Positions 63,611 through 64,000 of a DNA stretch of 64,000 nt are shown piece by piece. The stretch is from NCBI GenBank assembly GCA_013265495.1, contig MU058531.1:186001-250000 (forward strand), written 5' to 3'. Under the pieces are notes generated by a model. That model was not told the DNA's origin. It ran no database searches and worked only from the letters and a program-made list of their open reading frames with translations. This DNA comes from Vicugna vicugna (taxonomy: Eukaryota). Position 1 is the stretch's first letter, and the number at the start of each line of letters is the position of its first letter. A program made the translations under genes and the position numbers.

Positions 63611-64000
63611 CCATACCTCCAGAAGAGGAAACTGTGAAAATACTCTGAACTCAGCTAACTTTACAGTTAGATCCCAGCAGCAAGAATCCCCCAAATCAGT
63701 AGCTCTTCTGTGTGGAATCAAGCTTGAGGTACATTTCAAAGGATACAGACTACAGCATTTGCTAGATTTATTTACTCTATTTGCGCTAGAGCAGGAAAAG
63801 CCTTTGTAATACTTTTAGCCAAGCCATGTATCTTGAAGACCTTATCAGTGAAAAAGCGTAGCTCACTATCACTACTAGGAGTTGTTAAAGATGGTTTTTA
63901 GACAGTTGTAGGTGTCATCTGTGTGGTGTGGCTTTCTGTCACAGTCTTTCAAACACTAGCTGCCACCTATAGAGTGATGTTCCCCTTAGGGTGATGGACC

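Noticed and set aside
46100..64000. Short ORFs downstream of KIF20B as exons of another gene
   Set aside because: Most overlap L1/L2/MIR/LTR remnants and show no coherent exon chain or recognisable protein.
1..64000. CRISPR array, operon or prokaryotic defence system
   Set aside because: The sequence is spliced mammalian DNA with no regularly spaced repeat-spacer array.

Overview
Mammalian genomic DNA. Positions 122-45547 (+) hold the 3' part of KIF20B (MPHOSPH1/KRMP1, kinesin-6 family). I assembled 20 GT-AG coding exons by hand; they keep phase throughout and give 3765 nt (1254 aa plus stop), covering the coiled-coil stalk and C-terminal tail. The motor-domain exons lie upstream of the window. 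A short 3'UTR follows, then about 18 kb of repeat-rich intergenic sequence with no credible coding gene. Four copies of a tRNA-derived SINE resembling Vic-1 point to a camelid genome. Introns and flank carry Tigger and hAT DNA transposon fossils, L1/L2/MIR remnants and solo LTRs; repeat subfamily names come from recalled consensus sequences and need RepeatMasker confirmation. I found no novel multi-gene system. The best leads are candidate KIF20B isoform switches: (1) intron read-through adding a very basic 39-aa tail followed by a poly(A) signal; (2) an in-frame exonic donor that would delete the KEN motif and a basic cluster; (3) a 120-nt alternative acceptor. Also notable are an unexplained GC-rich and pyrimidine-rich intronic block and several small retrotransposition or repair scars.
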